The position numbers and the translations under genes are program-made. From positions 4,032,001-4,096,000 of the forward strand of contig OZ243927.1 of NCBI GenBank assembly GCA_965213925.1: DNA of 64,000 bases. The letters are read 5' to 3'. Below the pieces are notes generated by a model. It made no database searches. It was not told where the DNA came from and saw nothing but the letters and a program-made list of their open reading frames with translations. Within the stretch, counting starts at the first letter, position 1, and the number at the start of each line of letters is the position of its first letter. Below, one piece after another: positions 58,624 to 64,000 of this stretch. This stretch comes from Trueperaceae bacterium. Its GTDB lineage: Bacteria > Deinococcota > Deinococci > Deinococcales > Trueperaceae.

Positions 58624-59153
58624 GCGCTTTTACCCGGTGCGCCCTGAAGCGTCCAGTGTAGCGGGTTGGTGCGGATGTAAGCACGAGTCCGGTTGAGGTC
58701 GTCCTCGTTACGAATGACGTGATCGAAGTAGCCGCGTTGCCACAAAGGAGTGCCGGGCGTGCTGCGCTGCTTGTTGATTTGCTTCGCGCTCACCATCTTA
58801 AAACGCTCCATCAATTTTGGCAGAAGCATAGTCCGGCGCGTCCGTAGGGGCGATTCGTGAATCGCCCCTACGCCGTTTGCCTCCGTATCGTGCAGAAATA
58901 CGACGCCGTGAAGGTGGTCAGCCATGATGATAAATTCGTCTAAAGAGACATGTTCGTGATGATTCGGTAAATCCAGCCAAGCGTTTTCGACAATCTCTCC
59001 ATATTTACTTAACTCAACCTCTTCATCTACGATTTTGCCAAAGACAGGTTCTCTACCCTTTACAACCACCGTCACGAAATACGCGCCCGCCTGACTATAA
59101 TTGTAACTCGGTAGCCGCAGAGAGGTGCGCCGACGTGGTTTGGGGTCATTCAT
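58620..59153 (-). CDS. REP-associated tyrosine transposase (RAYT, IS200-like HUH)
   Basis: SLRLPSYNYSQAGAYFVT, MADHLHG (HUH), WQRGYFDHVIR, YIRTNP; internal REP palindrome. Confidence 0.9.
   Translation of the reverse strand: MNDPKPRRRTSLRLPSYNYSQAGAYFVTVVVKGREPVFGKIVDEEVELSKYGEIVENAWLDLPNHHEHVSLDEFIIMADHLHGVVFLHDTEANGVGAIHESPLRTRRTMLLPKLMERFKMVSAKQINKQRSTPGTPLWQRGYFDHVIRNEDDLNRTRAYIRTNPLHWTLQGAPGKSA
58844..58871. repeat. GTAG-type REP palindrome inside the RAYT coding sequence
   Basis: GTAGGGGCGATTCGTGAATCGCCCCTAC encodes VGAIHESPL. Confidence 0.9.
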
Positions 59154-61668
59154 CGGCAACCAGACCCCTCGCCTTCTCCTGCAACCTATGCAGCAAGGTT
59201 AAAGCGTCCAGAGGAGATAAGCGGCTCAAATCTTGCTCTAAAAGCGTCTCGACGACCTCTTGCGAGGTGTTGCCTCGGCTCGACTCGAGCCCCGCTAACA
59301 CCGCGTGCGCCCGCTCCAAGACCTTGGCGGGAACCCCGGCGAGCTTTGCGACCTCTAAGCCGTACGCTTTGCTCGCCGGACCGGGTAAAACCTGGTGATA
59401 AAAAGTGAGCGCCCCTGCTTCCTCTTTCGCCGCGACATGCTGGTTGCGCGCAGCCGGCAGTTTATTGGCGAGCCCGGTGAGTTCAAAATAATGCGTCGCA
59501 AAAAGCACGTAAGATTCTGTGCGTTCGTGCAGATATTCCGACGCTGCCCACGCTAACGCAAGACCGTCAAACGTGCTCGTCCCGCGTCCGATTTCGTCTA
59601 ATAGAATGAGGCTTTTAGGCGTCGCGTTTTGCAAGATACACGCGAGTTCGTCCATCTCCACCATAAAGGTGCTGCGCCCGCCCGCGATGTCATCCGACGC
59701 GCCGATGCGCGTGTAGATGCGCTCGAAGAGGGGGAGCACGGCGCGTTCCGCCGGGACGAAAGAGCCGATTTGAGCGAGTAGGACGATGAGGGCGTTCTGG
59801 CGCAGATAGGTGGATTTGCCGCTCATGTTGGGACCCGTCAAGATGACGAGGCGGGCTTGCGGCGAGAGGTCTAAGTCGTTGGCGATGAAGGGGTGAAACT
59901 GCTCCACGACGGGGTGGCGTCCCCCTTCGATTTGAAACGTTGAGTCTGAAAACTCAGGTCGGCAAAATTGACCTTGCGCCGCCGCCTCCGCGAGCGAGCT
60001 GTACACGTCGAGTTCAGCTAAGACGCCGCCGAGTTCTCTCACCGCCTCGCTGTGTGGAAGGAGGCTGCTGCGCAGTTCGTCGAAGACCAAGTATTCGCGC
60101 CGCTGAGCGCTGTCTTCTGCGCGTAAGATTTCACGCTCTTTCTCGCGCAAGTCGCTCCGGGTGTAGCGTTGGCGGTCTTTTAAGGTTTGCACGGCGCGGT
60201 AGCTCTCGGGGACTTGCTCGACGTAGGGGCGCGTGACCTCGAGGTAATATCCAAACACCCCGTTGAAGCCCACCTTGAGCGTAGGGATTCCTGTCTCTCG
60301 CCTTTCTTGAACCTCCAACTCAGCAATCCACGCTCGCCCCGCCTCCGCTTTGCTGCGCAAATCATCCAGCTCGCTGTCGAAGCCGCTCTGGATAAGTCCG
60401 CCTTCGGTAATTTTAAGGGGCGGGTCATCGACTAAGGCGGCGTCAATCTGCGCTTGCACGTTACCGAGTTCGCCCATGCGTTCTTTGAGAGTTTGTAGCG
60501 CCTCTTCGGAGCGTCCGGAGAGGTGCTTGTGGAGTTCGGGGACTAAGCTGAGACTTCTCGCTAAGGCGCAGAGGTCCCTGGCACTAGCGCGGCCTGCGGC
60601 GAGTCTCGAGGCCAACCGCTCCAAGTCGTGCATCTTGTAGAGACTCTTGCGAATCTCGCGGCGCAGCACGGAATCTTTGACCAAGGCTTGCACGGCGTCG
60701 AGGCGGTGCTCTAAAAGTTCCTTATCCAACAGCGGATGCCGCAACCACGCCCGTAAGAGCCGCCGCCCCGGTGCGGTGCGCGTCTTGTCCAAGATACTGA
60801 GTAGAGTTCGCTTCTCTTGTGCTTCGCTAAACGTGCCGAAAACTTCCAAGGTAGCGAGCGCCACCTCGCCAATTTGCATGTAGGCGCTCGGGTCGTAGCG
60901 CACGAACCGCGCGACTTGCGGTAAGCAACCTTGCTGCGTCGTGAGCGCGTAGGAAAGCACCGCGCCCGCTGCGCGGATGAGGGCGTCGCTGTCCGTTCCT
61001 GTCGGCAGGGCGCTGAACTGCTCCTCTAGTGACCTCTCTGCTTCGTCCAAGTCGAAACGCCCCCTCGTCACCATCACTGAGAAGCGTTCGCTAAAGGTCT
61101 CGCGAAAGTCAACGTGCGCGTAGAGTTCAGGCGCGAGCAAAACCTCGGCGGGGCGGTAGCGCCTGAGTTCGTCGAAAAGGCTGCTCTTGGCGTAAACCTG
61201 CGTGCCGCGAAACTCGCCTGTGGTGATATCTAAAAGTGCCAGACCGTAGCCTTCGCCTGTGGCAACAGCGGCGAGGTAGTTGGCGTCAGGACGTAAGAGC
61301 TTTTCATCTGTGACGGTTCCCGGCGTGATGAGCTGCGTGATGTCGCGTTTGACGAGCCCGTCGGCAGTGGCAGGGTTTTCGACTTGGTCAGCGACGGCGA
61401 CGCAGATGCGCTGATTCAAGAGCCGCTCGATGTACGTGTCCGCGCTTCGCAGCGGGATTCCTGCCATCGGCGTGGTGAAATCTTTGCTCGTTTTATGCGT
61501 CAGGGTGATGCCGATGGCGCGGGCTAAGCGCTCCGCGTCTTCGCCGAACGTCTCGTAAAAGTCGCCGACTTGAAAGAGGACGAGATAATCCGGGTAGCGT
61601 TCGCGCAGTTCGACGTATTGCGTTAGGAGCGGGGGGAGCGGACCTTTGCCCTCACCTTTTAGGGTCAT
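59146..61668 (-). CDS. mutS: DNA mismatch repair protein MutS
   Basis: QVGDFYE, TPGT, TGPNMSGKST, STFMVEM, DEIGRGT, ATHYFEL. Confidence 0.97.
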   Translation of the reverse strand: MTLKGEGKGPLPPLLTQYVELRERYPDYLVLFQVGDFYETFGEDAERLARAIGITLTHKTSKDFTTPMAGIPLRSADTYIERLLNQRICVAVADQVENPATADGLVKRDITQLITPGTVTDEKLLRPDANYLAAVATGEGYGLALLDITTGEFRGTQVYAKSSLFDELRRYRPAEVLLAPELYAHVDFRETFSERFSVMVTRGRFDLDEAERSLEEQFSALPTGTDSDALIRAAGAVLSYALTTQQGCLPQVARFVRYDPSAYMQIGEVALATLEVFGTFSEAQEKRTLLSILDKTRTAPGRRLLRAWLRHPLLDKELLEHRLDAVQALVKDSVLRREIRKSLYKMHDLERLASRLAAGRASARDLCALARSLSLVPELHKHLSGRSEEALQTLKERMGELGNVQAQIDAALVDDPPLKITEGGLIQSGFDSELDDLRSKAEAGRAWIAELEVQERRETGIPTLKVGFNGVFGYYLEVTRPYVEQVPESYRAVQTLKDRQRYTRSDLREKEREILRAEDSAQRREYLVFDELRSSLLPHSEAVRELGGVLAELDVYSSLAEAAAQGQFCRPEFSDSTFQIEGGRHPVVEQFHPFIANDLDLSPQARLVILTGPNMSGKSTYLRQNALIVLLAQIGSFVPAERAVLPLFERIYTRIGASDDIAGGRSTFMVEMDELACILQNATPKSLILLDEIGRGTSTFDGLALAWAASEYLHERTESYVLFATHYFELTGLANKLPAARNQHVAAKEEAGALTFYHQVLPGPASKAYGLEVAKLAGVPAKVLERAHAVLAGLESSRGNTSQEVVETLLEQDLSRLSPLDALTLLHRLQEKARGLVADE

Positions 61669-61804
61669 AGCGTCTATCTTAACGTGTCTAAAGGCGAGGT
61701 TGGCTGAGAGGCTCGAGGTTTACAAAAGACTACCAGCTTACTTTCATTCGTTCGGGCATCCATCAGGCTACGCTTAGCGTTTTATAGGCGCAAAAGGGGA
61801 GCTT

Positions 61805-61951
61805 ATGAGAATACTCGAGATCATCGCCGTTATCCTAGTCGTCTTGTTTTTGGTTGACCTTTTGGGCACGCAGTTTTTAGGCAACTTAGTCTACCTCTTG
61901 CTCGTCATCGCCGTGATTCTACTCTTAGTACGCTTTATTCGCCGAGCGTAA
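61805..61951 (+). CDS. Small membrane protein, 48 aa (lmo0937/DUF5670-like), absent from the ORF track
   Basis: RBS GGGGAG; MRILEIIAVILVVLFLVDLLGTQFLGNLVYLLLVIAVILLLVRFIRRA*. Confidence 0.75.
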   Translation: MRILEIIAVILVVLFLVDLLGTQFLGNLVYLLLVIAVILLLVRFIRRA

Positions 61952-62036
61952 TAAGGTGAAATAGTCCTCACGGGCTACCGTTATGACGCGGTAGATTAGG
62001 GCGTCACAGCGTTGAGGAATTCAGAAGGAGGAGCTT

Positions 62037-62234
62037 ATGAACGACGACGAGATGCAGGGCAAGCTCAAGCGGGCTAAAGGGCGCGTCCAGTCCAAGTGGG
62101 GCGAACTCACGGGCGACGAAGTCGAGCGCATGGAGGGGGACCGTGAGGAACTCATCGGCAAGGTGCAGGAGAAGTACGGTTACTCCCGCGAGAAAGCAGA
62201 GCAAGAGGTAGACGAGTTCGTGCGCAGCCTCTAA
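62037..62234 (+). CDS. CsbD family stress protein
   Basis: KGRVQSKWGELTGDE...EGDREELIGKVQEKYG; RBS AGGAGG. Confidence 0.92.
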   Translation: MNDDEMQGKLKRAKGRVQSKWGELTGDEVERMEGDREELIGKVQEKYGYSREKAEQEVDEFVRSL

Positions 62235-62366
62235 AAATTTAGCTTCGTATGCGGGTAGTGGCTCTATCTGGAATGACAGTGGTGTCAAAGCAAGGGGTTT
62301 CAACCCCTTGTTATTACACGGAAACGGTAGAAGAAGCACACGGCGGCATTCGACTTAGAACCACTA

Positions 62367-62503
62367 CTCACAGCAGTTCCACAACATACTGAGACAGAAA
62401 AGCGCAAGTATCATCTTAAAATGTGCGTGTTGGACAGTACTATTTACAGTGTGAGCGTGCCTAACGGCGTACTTCGTGCACTCAAACCAGATGATACCTG
62501 CTA
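62367..62503. repeat. Repeat family C copy
   Basis: ACCAGATGATACCTGCT at 62486-62502; 5' part shared with 44548. Confidence 0.75.
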
Positions 62504-62547
62504 TCATCTGCGAATGCTGCTCTTAACAGGGCAGCTTTTCTCACGTC

Positions 62548-62679
62548 ATACGGATTCCGCTTAATTCCATATCACCGAGAAGAAGCTTCGGTGATAGTCC
62601 GTACCGCTCCATCCGTATTTCTGTTCCCACTCGCTACACTCGGATTGATTCGCTAACGTAGCGAATCAGTCGGACGTAT
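62548..62679. repeat. Deinococcus-like short non-coding repeat (multi-hairpin)
   Basis: ATACGGATTCCGCTTAATTCC ... ATCCGTAT ... ACTCGC ... CTCGGATTGA; two internal hairpins; resemblance recalled, not searched. Confidence 0.6.
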
Positions 62680-62717
62680 TATCTGCGGCGCAATAATCAG
62701 GGTATGATGCTCTAAGG

Positions 62718-63677
62718 ATGTTCAAGGCGACGTTTAAGCTCTTTAGCCAAGCGGTGCAGGTGTGGCAGGCGCATAACGCGCCGCGCTTAGGTGCGGCGTT
62801 GGCGTTTTACACGGTGCTTTCGCTCGCGCCGCTCCTTATCGTGGCGGTCAGCGTCGCGGGCGTATTTTTTTCTCAAATGGACGTGCAAGAGCGCATCATC
62901 GACCAGGTGCAGCTTTTGGTAGGTGAAAGTAACGTTCAGGTCGCGTCGCTCTTGCGCACCCTCTTTAGAAACGCCTTCGACGCCTATAGCGCTAGCGACG
63001 CAATTCTACCCTCACTTATAGGACTTGGGGCGCTCCTCTTCGGCGCGTCTATCGTCTTTAACGAGCTTCGCGCCGCCATGAACACGATTTGGGAAGTTAA
63101 AGGGCCCGACGCCTTTCGGGAGGGGGTGGTGCACCTCATCAAAAACCGCCTCATCGCGCTGGCGATGGTCGCGGGCATCGGCTTTTTGCTACTCGTGTCG
63201 CTCGTGCTCAGCACAGGCGCAACTGCGTTCAGCAGTTTTTTAAGCGATCAGCTCGGTATCGCCGCGCCCTTCGTGAGCGCCTTTGACATCCTCGTGAGTA
63301 TCACCATCGTGTCGCTGCTCTTTTCGCTCCTGTATAAGTACCTTCCTTCGGCGCAGGTGTCTTGGTGGGACACGTGGCTGGGCGCGGTGATTACAGCGAT
63401 TCTTTTCTCGGCGGGCAAGTGGCTCATCGGCATCTATCTGAGCCGGAGCGTGGTGGCGTCGGCGTACGGGGCGGCAGGGTCACTCGTCATATTCCTTTTA
63501 TGGGTGTATTTCTCGGCGCAGATTTTCTTTTTCGGGGCGGCGTTTTGCCGGGCGTACGCGGAACGCTACGGCTCGAGGTCCTTCAAACACATGGACACCA
63601 AAGCCAGAGCCAGAGCGAGGGCGAAGCAAAAAGCCAGAGAGAAGAGAGCGAAAGAGATTGAGCCTCAGGAGGCCTAA
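62718..63677 (+). CDS. YihY/virulence factor BrkB family membrane protein
   Basis: GAALAFYTVLSLAP, AMNTIW, LYKYLP, YGAAGSLVIFLLWVYFSAQI. Confidence 0.92.
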   Translation: MFKATFKLFSQAVQVWQAHNAPRLGAALAFYTVLSLAPLLIVAVSVAGVFFSQMDVQERIIDQVQLLVGESNVQVASLLRTLFRNAFDAYSASDAILPSLIGLGALLFGASIVFNELRAAMNTIWEVKGPDAFREGVVHLIKNRLIALAMVAGIGFLLLVSLVLSTGATAFSSFLSDQLGIAAPFVSAFDILVSITIVSLLFSLLYKYLPSAQVSWWDTWLGAVITAILFSAGKWLIGIYLSRSVVASAYGAAGSLVIFLLWVYFSAQIFFFGAAFCRAYAERYGSRSFKHMDTKARARARAKQKAREKRAKEIEPQEA

Positions 63678-63985
63678 AGCGTGGGGCGCGCATTGAGCTT
63701 CGTCCAGCCCACTAGGTCGTCAATAAGCTGATGGCTCGCCAGGTTGAGCGTGATACCAGGCGGCTCGCGTTTCTCCTCCTCTAAATAGACCTCTTTAAGG
63801 TGCGCCTTGACGACGCGGCGGTAGGACTCGAGCCCCAAGACCTCTTGTTCATTGACCTCTTGAGACGCCCACCGCGCCTCGAAACCGCCGCGCTCACCGA
63901 GACCTATGCCCTGCCTATCCAGTGTCACGACGACGATGCCGAGAGGGGTTCTAACAAAATGGACGAGTGGAGCGGTGTCAGCCAT
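63674..63985 (-). CDS. Hypothetical protein
   Basis: 103-aa ORF; GATAAT-N6-ATG start; convergent stop overlap. Confidence 0.55.
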   Translation of the reverse strand: MADTAPLVHFVRTPLGIVVVTLDRQGIGLGERGGFEARWASQEVNEQEVLGLESYRRVVKAHLKEVYLEEEKREPPGITLNLASHQLIDDLVGWTKLNARPTL

Positions 63986-64000
63986 AGCGTTATTATCACC

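Noticed and set aside
61669..61800. Radiation/desiccation response motif upstream of mutS
   Set aside because: No convincing 17-bp palindrome matching the motif could be read.
63595..63660. Repetitive purine-rich tract at the end of the YihY gene
   Set aside because: Explained by a low-complexity Lys/Arg/Ala cytoplasmic tail.

Overview
GC-rich bacterial chromosomal window, inferred to come from Deinococcota (Truepera/Deinococcus-like). The basis is a DUF1999-type gene, many leaderless TANNNT-N5-7-ATG starts and a Deinococcus-like short repeat. Family assignments are from motif recognition, not database searches. Housekeeping content includes pgm, comF, a polyprenyl synthase, a peptide ABC operon, secG, dus, DAK2/Asp23, moaC, truA, hemL, suhB, truD, mutS, mutL and four tRNAs (Leu-CAA, Pro-TGG, Gly-TCC, Arg-TCT). 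Over this lies a dense layer of small non-coding mobile DNA. (1) A REP-associated tyrosine transposase is wedged between mutS and mutL, overlaps both, and carries a GTAG palindrome that recurs about 55 kb away. (2) At least three MITE-like families are present; one copy splits a pyrophosphatase gene with a clean 5-bp target duplication. (3) There are several decayed toxin-antitoxin or nuclease genes and deletion scars. Other candidates are an unannotated ~100-nt sRNA with an anti-Shine-Dalgarno loop that shares a regulator box with a lipoprotein gene in a tRNA-Arg-anchored islet, a glutaredoxin-FNT channel fusion, an exonuclease-WYL fusion, a stand-alone nuclease-helicase (DUF2075-like), and strong over-representation of CTCGAG. 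No CRISPR array or rRNA was seen.
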